Positions 8,087 through 16,866 of a DNA stretch of 64,000 bases are shown here, piece after piece. The stretch covers positions 17,037-81,036 of the forward strand of contig JANPDL010000008.1 in assembly GCA_031431475.1 (NCBI GenBank). The letters are read 5' to 3'. Origin of the DNA: Hyphomicrobiales bacterium. GTDB taxonomy: Bacteria; Pseudomonadota; Alphaproteobacteria; Rhizobiales; Beijerinckiaceae. A model generated the notes under the pieces. It had not been told where the DNA came from. It searched no databases and saw nothing but the letters and a program-made list of their open reading frames with translations. The translations under genes were made by a program, and so were the position numbers. The first letter of the stretch is position 1. The number at the start of each line of letters is the position of its first letter.

Positions 8087-8725
8087 TTAAAGCCGCTTGG
8101 CCACGAAAAACGGGCGGGTGTCCTTGCCCTTCGACGCATGGCGGCCGCGTTCGATGATCGCGAATCCGGCATCGACGATCTCGGCCTCCAGCTGGACCGC
8201 GGAAAAGAACTCTACATAAGGTGCCTTTTCCACAAGCTGCATGAGTGGCAGCGCAAGGCGGGTGACCGGGTTCATGTCGGACAGGCAAGGCGTTTTGGAG
8301 ATGAACAGGCCACCGGGCTTCAGCATCTGGCGGATTTTGTACAGGATCGTTGATCTGCCAGCGGCGAGATGCAGGACACTGAAGCCGAGCACAGCATCGA
8401 AGCTGTGATCTGCCGATGGGTCGTCGGCCAGTGTTGATGTCCGGAATTCAACATTGCGGCACGCACCGGCGATGCCTTTCTCCTGCGCAATAGTGATCAT
8501 ATTCTCGGAAAAGTCCGTCGCCACGAGGCGTGCGACATGTGGCGCGATCCGCAGCGCGGTTGTGCCTGTGCCGCAGCCGAACTCGAACACCTCGTCGCTG
8601 CTCCTCAGGTGGCTGATCGTGCGCTCCAGTGTTTTCTCGTAGCCCGCCTGATCGGAGATTTTATCGGCTGCATATTTCAGGGCGATCCGATCCCAGAAGC
8701 TGGCATCATTGACAATACGGAACAT
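8087..8725 (-). CDS. class I SAM-dependent methyltransferase
   Basis: Motif I VFEFGCGTGTTAL, then LKPGGLFI. The start is placed at MFRIVND (ATG 8725-8723) because it has an aaggag SD; the track ORF extends to 8857 into the divergent promoter. Confidence 0.85.
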   Translation of the reverse strand: MFRIVNDASFWDRIALKYAADKISDQAGYEKTLERTISHLRSSDEVFEFGCGTGTTALRIAPHVARLVATDFSENMITIAQEKGIAGACRNVEFRTSTLADDPSADHSFDAVLGFSVLHLAAGRSTILYKIRQMLKPGGLFISKTPCLSDMNPVTRLALPLMQLVEKAPYVEFFSAVQLEAEIVDAGFAIIERGRHASKGKDTRPFFVAKRL

Positions 8726-8808
8726 TGTGAACTCCTTCGGGCGGCGATCTAGCATATGCGCAGAAATTGGAAATTGCGGAATTATGCAGTATATATATAC
8801 AAATATGC

Positions 8809-9687
8809 ATGACAAATTTTGACTGGAATCTGGCACGCGCCTTCCATGCCACAGCAAAAGCAGGCTCGCTTTCCGCTGCGGCCCGAACTGTGGGCCTCAC
8901 TCAGCCCACGTTGTCACGTCAGGTTGCTATGCTGGAGGCCGAGCTGGGCGTGACCCTGTTCGAGCGGATCGGCAAACGGCTTGTCCTGACGGAAACCGGA
9001 CAAAGTCTGGTTGCCCACGGCCAGGCCATGGGGGAGGCCGCTGATGCGATGGCGCTGGCTGCCACAGGAAGGGCGCAGGCGGTCGAAGGGCGGGTGAGCA
9101 TCTCCGCGACCGATGCCTACAGCGCCTATATCCTGCCCGACATCTGTGCGCGCATCCGGAAGGAAGCTCCACATGTCACGCTGGTTATCATTTCTTCGAA
9201 TGCCCTCAGCGACCTGCGCCGCCGTGAGGCGGATATTGCCATACGCCACGTCCGCCCGGACGAGCCTGATCTGATCGGCCAGCTGGTCCGGGAGAGCACG
9301 GCCTGTTTCTACGCGTCCGAATCATGGCTCGCCCGCAACGGCGCACCGCAACGGGCAGAGGACATCAACCCCCATGACTTGATCGGCTATGACGATACAG
9401 CGGTGTTTGCCCAATACATGTGCAAGCTGGGAATGGCGGTCACGGCTGACAGCTTTCGGCTGGTCTCGGAAAATACCGTCGTGGCCTGGGAGATGGTCAA
9501 GCTGGGGCTCGGCATCGGCGTCATGATGCCCGAGATCGCCGAGCGGACGCCCGGCGTGGTGAAACTCCTGCCGCACCTGCAGTTGCCGCGCGTTCCCGTG
9601 TGGCTCGTGACGCATCGCGAAATGCGCACGAGTCAACGGATACGGCTGGTGTTTGATGTGCTGGCGGAGGAGTTGCGGGGCGGGTAG
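8809..9687 (+). CDS. LysR family transcriptional regulator
   Basis: N-terminal wHTH LARAFHATAKAGSLSAAARTVGLTQPTLSRQVAMLEAELGVTLFER. Start placed at MTNFDW (8809). Divergent from the methyltransferase. Confidence 0.9.
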   Translation: MTNFDWNLARAFHATAKAGSLSAAARTVGLTQPTLSRQVAMLEAELGVTLFERIGKRLVLTETGQSLVAHGQAMGEAADAMALAATGRAQAVEGRVSISATDAYSAYILPDICARIRKEAPHVTLVIISSNALSDLRRREADIAIRHVRPDEPDLIGQLVRESTACFYASESWLARNGAPQRAEDINPHDLIGYDDTAVFAQYMCKLGMAVTADSFRLVSENTVVAWEMVKLGLGIGVMMPEIAERTPGVVKLLPHLQLPRVPVWLVTHREMRTSQRIRLVFDVLAEELRGG

Positions 9688-9784
9688 GGGCGAGTAAGGA
9701 GCTTGCAAAGAGTTGTCAAATATGACTACATAGCCAGTCAATGATCCTGATCCGTCCCATTTCATGACTGAAGGAGGCTCTGAA

Positions 9785-10117
9785 ATGAGTGATGATGACA
9801 TGGAACTGGTCCACGGCAGCGGCAATGTCTTCCGTGATCTTGGCCACCCCAACCCTGAAGTGTCGCAGCTGAAAGCCATCCTCGCGGCCAAGATCATTGG
9901 CGTGCTTGATGCTGGCGCAATCAGCGTTCGCCGGGCGCAGGAGATGACGGGCTTCGCGGCGGCGGATTTCTCCCGCATCCGCAACGCAAGGCTGTCGCGG
10001 TTCACGATTGATCGTCTCATGGCGATGCTGGACAAGTTCGATCAGGATGTGGAGGTGACGGTGACGGTGCAGCCAAAGCGGGCGCGGGGGCAGAGGTCTG
10101 CGATATTGGTGGGGTGA
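9785..10117 (+). CDS. XRE-family HTH protein of the type usually found as an antitoxin next to Gp49/HigB/RelE-like toxins (orphan here)
   Basis: MSDDDMELVHGSGNVFRDLGHPNPEVSQLKAILAAKII...FSRIRNARLSRFTIDRLMAMLDKFDQDVEVTV matches the recurrent GSGNVFxDLG...RFxxDRL antitoxin pattern. SD aaggagg at 9770-9776. There is no toxin ORF upstream; the LysR gene ends at 9687. Confidence 0.65.
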   Translation: MSDDDMELVHGSGNVFRDLGHPNPEVSQLKAILAAKIIGVLDAGAISVRRAQEMTGFAAADFSRIRNARLSRFTIDRLMAMLDKFDQDVEVTVTVQPKRARGQRSAILVG

Positions 10118-10339
10118 GCGGTTGACCATGCCATCGCCAAGGCCGTCGGCGCCCCGCGCAGCCGGATCAACGAGATCGCCCATGGACGGCAAGGCATCAC
10201 CGCCGCCATTGCTCTCAGGCTAGGCGCGTTCTTCGATGTGGACCCGCAGTGGTTCATGAACATGCAGAGCACGTATGATCTCAGGCTCGCACGGGAGATA
10301 GTGGATGTGTCGGGGATTGTGGCGAGGCGGGCGGCGTAG
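10118..10339 (+). pseudogene. 5'-truncated HigA-family antitoxin remnant
   Basis: Hand translation from 10118 gives AVDHAIAKAVGAPRSRINEIAHGRQGITAAIALRLGAFFDVDPQWFMNMQSTYDLRLAREIVDV...*. This is the C-terminal two thirds of a HigA HTH (xRINEIxxGxRxITADTALRL...FWLNLQxxYDL). It has no start codon, and it is in the same frame as the preceding ORF, separated only by the TGA at 10115-10117. Confidence 0.65.
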
Positions 10340-10477
10340 GGGTTTCAAAATGGAAGCATTATCCTTCAAAGCACGTTATCTAACGGCCACTAGTTGCCGA
10401 GAACATGCATGGCTATTGTTGAGTTGGAACGGCTTCACAGAGTTGTGTAGCCAAGCTGAGACTACAAAGGACGCGCA

Positions 10478-10864
10478 ATGCTGATATTACCGCACAACCC
10501 GCCTGAATTGTTTCCTCCATATCGCGGATATGCCCACGCGACAGAAATTACTGGCGGAACTCGCTTATTGACCATTAGCGGTCTCAATGGCTTTGAACGT
10601 GACGGCAAGACGATGCCGGAGTCTTTTGAAGCTCAAGCCGAGCTGATCTGGAATCACATCCGAGCGATTCTTGCGTCGGCCAAAATGGACATTCCCAATC
10701 TGGTTTCATTGCGCACCTATTTGGCCGACCCGAGATACGATGAGGCCAACGCGCAGATGCGGGTAAGACAACTGGGAGCACATCTCGTCGCTTCAACTGT
10801 CGTCTGCTGTCAACTTCTTGAGCCCCGTTGGAAGCTCGAAGTCGAAGCTATGGCTGCAGGTTAG
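10478..10864 (+). CDS. RidA/YjgF/Rid family protein
   Basis: 128 aa. GTRLLTISGLNGFERDGK...WNHIRAILASAKMDIPNLVSLRTYL...KLEVEAMA is the typical Rid fold pattern. The gene is visibly more AT-rich than its flanks. Confidence 0.8.
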   Translation: MLILPHNPPELFPPYRGYAHATEITGGTRLLTISGLNGFERDGKTMPESFEAQAELIWNHIRAILASAKMDIPNLVSLRTYLADPRYDEANAQMRVRQLGAHLVASTVVCCQLLEPRWKLEVEAMAAG

Positions 10865-10988
10865 TGCGGAATCGTTCGGTGTCTCGTGTGGGGAATTAGC
10901 AGACCTGACCCGAAACTGAAACTTATGCACCGCGATCCGACCATTGCCGGATCAAGACCTTCGTAGATGCAAATCCCTTCTGCCAACC

Positions 10989-12044
10989 TCACTTCCCCCC
11001 ATACCCATGCAACCCCCCACGCCAATCCTCCACCACCAACTCCCCATCGCCCCCCGCCAGATACCCCCGCCCCACCGGAACCTTCCCATACCCCCCCGGA
11101 ATATCCAGCACATACTCCGGCTGGCACAGCCCCGACAGACGCCCGCGCAGCGCGGCCACAATCTTCTGCCCCTGCGCAATCGATAGCCGGAAATGCCCCG
11201 TGCCGGGCGCGAGGTCCGGGTGGTTCAGCCGATACGGCATCACCCGGTTGTCGACGAAGGCGCGCATCAGGTCGGCGAGCGTGTCCGGATCGTCGTTGAC
11301 GCCGCGCAGCAGCACGCTTTGCGAGACCAGCACGATGCCTGCATCGGCCAGTCGCGCCAGTGCGGCCCGCGCCTCCGGGCTGAACTCCCGCGCGTGGTTG
11401 GCGTGGATCGCCACATAAGTCGCCACGCCCCTGGCCCGCAGCGCCCGCGCGAAAGCCGGTGTCACCCGCGCGGGATCGACCACCGGCACGCGGGTGTGCC
11501 AGCGGATCACCTTCACATGGTCGATGGCGGCCAGCCGCTTCGTGATCTCGCCCGCGCGGCGCGCCGTGAGGATGAACGGGTCACCGCCGGTGAGGATCAC
11601 CTCGCGCACCTCCGGATGCGCCGCGACATAGGCCAGTGCTGCGTCCAGTTTCGCGCCGATCAGGCTTTTGCCGCCGGGGCCGACCATTTCGCGGCGAAAA
11701 CAGAAACGGCAATAGACCGGGCAGGCATGCACGATTTTCAGCAGCAGCCGGTCGGGGTAGCGGTGAACGACGCCCTCCACCGGCGAATGCACCTCGTCGC
11801 CGATGGGATCGGCCAGTTCGCTGGGAAGCGTGGTCAGCTCAGCCGGGGTAGGGATGAACTGGCGGGCGATGGGGTCGTGTGGATCATCGGGATCAATCAG
11901 GGTCGCCATGTCGGGCGTGACCGCGATGGCATAGCGAGCGGCCACTGGCCTGATCGCCTTTACATCCGCCACGAAACCCGCCGCCGCGAGATCGTCAGGC
12001 GTACGCAGTGTTTTTTCAGATGTGGCGACCTTGTCCAGCATCAC
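10989..12044 (-). CDS. epmB: EF-P beta-lysylation protein, lysine 2,3-aminomutase-like radical SAM enzyme
   Basis: CPVYCRFCFRRE radical-SAM cluster motif and KamA-like length (351 aa). ATGA overlap with epmA. Next to efp. Confidence 0.85.
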   Translation of the reverse strand: MMLDKVATSEKTLRTPDDLAAAGFVADVKAIRPVAARYAIAVTPDMATLIDPDDPHDPIARQFIPTPAELTTLPSELADPIGDEVHSPVEGVVHRYPDRLLLKIVHACPVYCRFCFRREMVGPGGKSLIGAKLDAALAYVAAHPEVREVILTGGDPFILTARRAGEITKRLAAIDHVKVIRWHTRVPVVDPARVTPAFARALRARGVATYVAIHANHAREFSPEARAALARLADAGIVLVSQSVLLRGVNDDPDTLADLMRAFVDNRVMPYRLNHPDLAPGTGHFRLSIAQGQKIVAALRGRLSGLCQPEYVLDIPGGYGKVPVGRGYLAGGDGELVVEDWRGGLHGYGGK

Positions 12045-13096
12045 CCTGCCTTGAACGGATCAACCACCGGAGTCCAGATCACATCATCGATGCCGGCCGC
12101 ACCCGTCGCCAGCATGACGAGCCGGTCGAAGCCCAGCGCCGCTCCGGACGCCTCGGGCATCAGCGCCAAAGCTGCCAGAAAATCCTCATCGATGGGATAG
12201 CGCTCGCCGTAGATAGTCTGCTTCAACGCCATATCCGCCTCAAAGCGCTGGCGCTGCTCGGTGGCGTCTGTGAGCTCGCCGAAGGCGTTCACCAGCTCTA
12301 CGCCGCAGGCATAAAGCTCGAAGCGCTCGCCGACTTTGGATGACCCCGGCTTGCGCCGCGCCAGCGCCGCTTCCGGGATCGGGTACTCGAACAGGATGGT
12401 GGCGCAGCCATTGCCGATGTTGGGCTCGACCTTCTCGACGAGGATGCGCGAGAAGATATCGGACCAGCTGTCGTCCGGGGCGATGCGGATGGATGTCGCC
12501 TTGGCCTGAGCCGCCAGCGCTGCGCCGTCCGTCCGGTCGCCATCGACTGTCGCCAGCAGGTCAATGCCTGCGAAGCGCTGGAAAGCCTCCGCAACCGTGA
12601 TCCGCTCCGGTTCCAGTCGGGGATCAATCATCCGCCCGCGAAAGTTCCATTGCTGCAAGCCGCTCACATCCGCCGCAATGCGCAGGATATCCGCGCAATC
12701 CTGCATCAACCGTTCGTATGTTTCGCCTGATCGATACCACTCCAGCATTGTGAACTCCGGGCTGTGCAACGCTCCCCGCTCCCTGTTCCGAAACACCCGT
12801 GCGAAATCGAAAATCTTCGTCTCGCCCGCCGCAAGCAGTTTCTTGCAGGCAAACTCCGGCGATGTGTGGAGGTGCAGCGTGGCTTCCCTTCCGTCGATGG
12901 AGCGCATGGTAGTGGCGAACCCATGCAGATGCGTCTCGTTGCCGGGCGACACTTGCAGTTGCGCCGCCTCCACCTCGGTGAAGCCATCCGCCTCGAAATG
13001 CTGGCGCAGTGCAGTCTTGATATGTCCGCGCGAACGCAGCCACCCGCGCCGCGCGGCGTGCCTCTCCGGGTGCCAGAAGGGAGGAACTCCGCTCAT
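12041..13096 (-). CDS. epmA: EF-P-lysine lysyltransferase (GenX/PoxA, truncated class II LysRS paralogue)
   Basis: Class II aaRS motifs [20 protein letters not shown] and [11 protein letters not shown]...GFDRLVML. No anticodon-binding domain. Divergent from efp. Confidence 0.85.
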   Translation of the reverse strand: MSGVPPFWHPERHAARRGWLRSRGHIKTALRQHFEADGFTEVEAAQLQVSPGNETHLHGFATTMRSIDGREATLHLHTSPEFACKKLLAAGETKIFDFARVFRNRERGALHSPEFTMLEWYRSGETYERLMQDCADILRIAADVSGLQQWNFRGRMIDPRLEPERITVAEAFQRFAGIDLLATVDGDRTDGAALAAQAKATSIRIAPDDSWSDIFSRILVEKVEPNIGNGCATILFEYPIPEAALARRKPGSSKVGERFELYACGVELVNAFGELTDATEQRQRFEADMALKQTIYGERYPIDEDFLAALALMPEASGAALGFDRLVMLATGAAGIDDVIWTPVVDPFKAG

Positions 13097-13213
13097 TTCG
13101 CTTTCAAACTCCAGACGGGGGCTTTTCTTCGGCTTGCGAACCTGTCACAGCAACGCCAGCCGAATTTCAGCGCCTGCCATAGGCTGTCAGCGCCATCAAT
13201 CCAAGGGTTTCAC

Positions 13214-13783
13214 ATGGTCAAGGTCATCGCCAGCTCGCTGCGCAGGGGCAACGTCGTCGAAATGGATGGCAAGCTGCACACCATCCTCACGGCGGAAAAC
13301 ATCCACCCCGGCAAGGGCACGCCCGTGACCCAGCTTGACATGCGCCGCATGGGTGACGGCAACAAGGTCTCGGTGCGCTTCCGCACCACCGAGAGCGTCG
13401 AAAAGGCCGAACTCGACACGCGCGATTACCAGTTTCTCTATCAGGACGGCGACGGCTTCCATTTCATGAATCAGGAGAACTTCGACCAGATTCAGGTGCA
13501 GGCTGATGTCATCGGCAATGCCGCGCCTTACCTGCAGGAAAACATGATCGTGCAGCTCGCGATCTTCGGCGAGAACGCAGTGTCCATCGATATCCCGCAG
13601 AAGGTGATTCTGGAAATCGTCGATACCGAACCGACAACCAAGGGCCAGACAGCGTCGTCGTCCTACAAGCCCGCCATGCTCTCGAACGGCGTGCGCACCA
13701 CGGTTCCTCCGCACATTTCATCCGGCACGCGTATCTGGGTGCTGACCGAGGATGCTTCCTACGTCGAGCGCGCCAAGGACTGA
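13214..13783 (+). CDS. efp: translation elongation factor P
   Basis: [45 protein letters not shown]. 189 aa from ATG 13214. The track ORF 12764..13783 carries a spurious 5' extension. Confidence 0.95.
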   Translation: MVKVIASSLRRGNVVEMDGKLHTILTAENIHPGKGTPVTQLDMRRMGDGNKVSVRFRTTESVEKAELDTRDYQFLYQDGDGFHFMNQENFDQIQVQADVIGNAAPYLQENMIVQLAIFGENAVSIDIPQKVILEIVDTEPTTKGQTASSSYKPAMLSNGVRTTVPPHISSGTRIWVLTEDASYVERAKD

Positions 13784-13810
13784 TATTTTCTTCGCAGCGA
13801 AAATTTTTGA

Positions 13811-13840
13811 GGGTTCGGCTTCAGCGCCGGGCCCTTTTTT
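13811..13840 (+). terminator. intrinsic terminator of efp
   Basis: gggttcggc-ttcagc-gccgggccc forms a 9-bp stem with two G-U pairs, followed by tttttt (13835-13840). Confidence 0.75.
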
Positions 13841-13984
13841 GTGATCACTGCCTTTTGATGCCCGCAACCATGCAAAATACGCCGATGCGCCCTGCAATGG
13901 TTAACATATGATTAATTTCGATTGCACGCGCTTGTGGACTGCCGCATAGCACCGCTTGAAATATGACGCCCGCATACGGGCGGT

Positions 13985-15541
13985 ATGACGCTTGCAAACC
14001 TGTCATCCGAGGCCGGGGGGTCGTTTCAAAACGATCCGATCCTGTCTCTGAAAGAAACAGGCTGGCGGCACATGACACAGAAACAACGGGCGATGCAGGC
14101 GGTTGGGGCGAGAAGCGCAGCGTTGGAAGGGGCCGTGCGACAGTCGCGCGGTGCGCGCTCACGCGCCTCCTTCTCGCTGTTCGCGGGACTGGCGGATACA
14201 GCAGCAATCATCGTCAGCGCGCTGCTCATCGGCTGGGGCTACCATCTGGTGGCGCTGGGTGAATTGCCGATCAACGATAACCTGCTGCAGATCGGCGCGG
14301 TGATTTCGCTCTTGGCGCTCATCCCAAACGCCCTGCGGCATGAATACAAGATCGGCAATTTCCTCGAATTCCGGGGGCATATGGGGCGCTCGTTCCAGCT
14401 CTGGAATGTGGCCTTCGTCGCGGCCATTGTGCTGGGCTTTTTGACCAAGACCAGCATGATCTTCTCGCGCGGTACTGTCGTGCTGTTCTACGCTGGCGGT
14501 TATCTCTCGATCATCGCGACGCGGTATCTTCTGGTCCGCCTTGTCCAGATCGCCAGCAAGACCGGCACGGTCACAGCGCGGCGCATCTACCTCGTGGGTT
14601 TCGAGGATGAGGTGATGTCTTTCGCCACCAATCACCAGCCCTGGAATCTCGGCATGGAGATCGCAGGCGTCACAGTGATTCCAAGACCCGAAGGCAAGGA
14701 CAATCATGGCGTGGCTGAAGCGCTGGACGAAGCAGTGGTGCGTGCGCGCTCCTCCGCGCCCGATGATGTCTTTGTGTTGATGTCGTGGGACCAGAAGGCC
14801 ATGATCGACCAGACCATCGTCCGCTTTCTGACAATCCCGGCTTCAATCCATCTGGGAGCAGATCCGATCCTGGAGCGTTTCCACGACGTGCGCATCTCGC
14901 ACATCGGTACCGTGTCGAGCGTGCAGCTTGTGCGCCGCCCGATGTCGATGGGCGATATTGCACTCAAGCGCGTCTTTGATACCCTGGCGGCATTGGCAGC
15001 AATGATCCTTCTCGCGCCGGTTCTGGCGTTGGTAGCGCTGGCCATCAAGCTGGACAGCAAGGGGCCTGTTTTCTTCATGCAGCGGCGCTATGGCTTCAAC
15101 CAGCAGCCGTTCCGTATCTACAAGTTCCGCACCATGTCCACGATGGACGATGGCGATATGGTGCAGCAGGCTGCCGCCAATGATCCGCGCATCACCCGCG
15201 TGGGCCGTTTCCTGCGCCGCTGGAATCTGGATGAATTGCCGCAGTTGCTCAACGTCGTGCAGGGCGAGATGTCACTGGTGGGTCCGCGCCCACATGCGCT
15301 CGCCCATGATCATGCCTACGAGCGCCGCATTGCGCTTTATGCCCGCCGCCACAACGTCAAGCCGGGTATCACCGGCTGGGCACAGGTCAACGGCCTTAGG
15401 GGCGAGACGTCCACCGATGACAAGATGGCGGCCCGCGTCGAGCATGATCTCTATTACATCGACAACTGGTCGATCATGCTCGATATCAGGATCATCGCGC
15501 AGACCGTGTTTTCGCCCAAGGCCTATCGCAACGCGGCGTGA
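13985..15541 (+). CDS. polyprenyl-phosphate glycosylphosphotransferase (WcaJ/ExoY-type bacterial sugar transferase)
   Basis: N-terminal multi-TM region plus a C-terminal sugar-transferase domain (KRVFDTLAALAAMILLAPVL...GPVFFMQRRYGFNQQPFRIYKFRTM...LDELPQLLNVVQGEMSLVGPRP). An alternative start is ATG 14072. Confidence 0.85.
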   Translation: MTLANLSSEAGGSFQNDPILSLKETGWRHMTQKQRAMQAVGARSAALEGAVRQSRGARSRASFSLFAGLADTAAIIVSALLIGWGYHLVALGELPINDNLLQIGAVISLLALIPNALRHEYKIGNFLEFRGHMGRSFQLWNVAFVAAIVLGFLTKTSMIFSRGTVVLFYAGGYLSIIATRYLLVRLVQIASKTGTVTARRIYLVGFEDEVMSFATNHQPWNLGMEIAGVTVIPRPEGKDNHGVAEALDEAVVRARSSAPDDVFVLMSWDQKAMIDQTIVRFLTIPASIHLGADPILERFHDVRISHIGTVSSVQLVRRPMSMGDIALKRVFDTLAALAAMILLAPVLALVALAIKLDSKGPVFFMQRRYGFNQQPFRIYKFRTMSTMDDGDMVQQAAANDPRITRVGRFLRRWNLDELPQLLNVVQGEMSLVGPRPHALAHDHAYERRIALYARRHNVKPGITGWAQVNGLRGETSTDDKMAARVEHDLYYIDNWSIMLDIRIIAQTVFSPKAYRNAA

Positions 15542-15550
15542 CGGTTGCCC

Positions 15551-16717
15551 TCAGGCTGCCATCGCGGTTTCGGCCACCTTCACCCAGTATGACACGCCGA
15601 CCGGGATCGCCTTGTCGTCGAAATCATAGGCCGGATGGTGGACTCCCGCCGTGTCGCCGTTGCCCATGAAGATATAGGCACCGGGCCGCTTCTCCAGCAT
15701 GTAGGAGAAATCCTCCGCACCCATCAGCGGCTCGATCGTGCGGTCCACGAGGTTTGCGCCCGAAATTCCGGCTGCAACCTTCGCTGCAAAATCCGTCTGT
15801 TCCGGATGGTTCACCGTCACGGGATAACCAATGTGGTATTCGACTGTGATCTTGGCACCCGCCGCCATGGCGATGCCCGCTGCGATCTCCTTGATGCGCC
15901 GTTCCGCCATCAGCCGTGTCTCGGCCTTCAGCGTCCGCACCGTGCCGCGCAGATGCGCCGTCTGCGGAATAACATTGTAGGCATCGCCGGATTTCACATC
16001 GCAGATCGACACCACGACTGAGTCCAGCGGGTCTGCCGTCCGTGATGCAATGGTCTGGATCGCGAGGATCAGCTGGGCCGAAGTCACCACGGGGTCGATG
16101 CAGTCATGGGGCCGCGCCGCATGGCCGCCCTTGCCCTCGACATGGATATCGAACCGGTCTGCGGCCGCCATGGCCGGGCCTGTGCGGATCGCGAAATTTC
16201 CCAGCGGAATGCCTGGCATGTTGTGCATGCCGTAAACCTCCTGAATGCCGAAGCGCTCCATCAGTCCCTCCTCGCACATCGCGAGACCACCGCCGCCACC
16301 TTCTTCCGCCGGCTGGAAGATCATCACGGCGGTGCCATCGAAATTGCGCGTCTCGGCCAGATACTTGGCCGCACCCAGCAGCATGGCGGTGTGGCCATCG
16401 TGGCCGCAGGCGTGCATCTTACCCGGGTTCTTGGATTTGTAGGCAACGCTTGTGGCCTCATGGATCGGCAGAGCGTCCATGTCGGCGCGCAGGCCCACAA
16501 CCTTGCCGGATGTATTTTTGCGGCCCTTGATCACGGCGACGACACCGGTCTTGCCCATTCCGGTCACGAGTTCATCCACGCCGAAAGATTTCAGCTTCTC
16601 CGCCACGAAGGCTGAGGTCAGGACCTCTTCGTAGCCAAGCTCCGGGTTCTCGTGGAGATAGCGACGCCATCCTGCGATTTCATCGGAAAACTCTGCGACG
16701 CGGTTGATGATCGGCAT
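15551..16717 (-). CDS. M20D family amidohydrolase (hippurate hydrolase / N-acyl-amino acid amidohydrolase type)
   Basis: LHENPELGYEE, MHACGHDGH, FQPAEEGGGG. 388 aa. Confidence 0.85.
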   Translation of the reverse strand: MPIINRVAEFSDEIAGWRRYLHENPELGYEEVLTSAFVAEKLKSFGVDELVTGMGKTGVVAVIKGRKNTSGKVVGLRADMDALPIHEATSVAYKSKNPGKMHACGHDGHTAMLLGAAKYLAETRNFDGTAVMIFQPAEEGGGGGLAMCEEGLMERFGIQEVYGMHNMPGIPLGNFAIRTGPAMAAADRFDIHVEGKGGHAARPHDCIDPVVTSAQLILAIQTIASRTADPLDSVVVSICDVKSGDAYNVIPQTAHLRGTVRTLKAETRLMAERRIKEIAAGIAMAAGAKITVEYHIGYPVTVNHPEQTDFAAKVAAGISGANLVDRTIEPLMGAEDFSYMLEKRPGAYIFMGNGDTAGVHHPAYDFDDKAIPVGVSYWVKVAETAMAA

Positions 16718-16866
16718 GGTTTGGCCTCATGGTTTGGAATGGTATCGAGAAGACGCCAATGAGGCTCTTCGGTCAACCGTCCTGATTGTCACGTTTCTAG
16801 GAACTGCTGCCATCTTGCATCCGCGCCGCGCAAGGCGCATGAGCGGAAAAAACCAGAGACGACGCC

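Noticed and set aside
10861-10990. Possible third, degenerate copy of the G-rich 95-nt repeat (gaatcgttcggtgtctcgtgtgggg)
   Set aside because: Similarity is limited to about 20 nt around ttcgttcgg and could be chance. It is not reported as a copy.
11193-12200. 335-aa plus-strand ORF opposite epmB
   Set aside because: Antisense shadow ORF. The minus frame carries the radical-SAM CxxxCxxC motif.
12764-13213. 150-codon 5' extension of efp in the ORF track
   Set aside because: It overlaps the epmA coding region and the divergent promoter. The EF-P alignment starts at MVKVIASS (13214).
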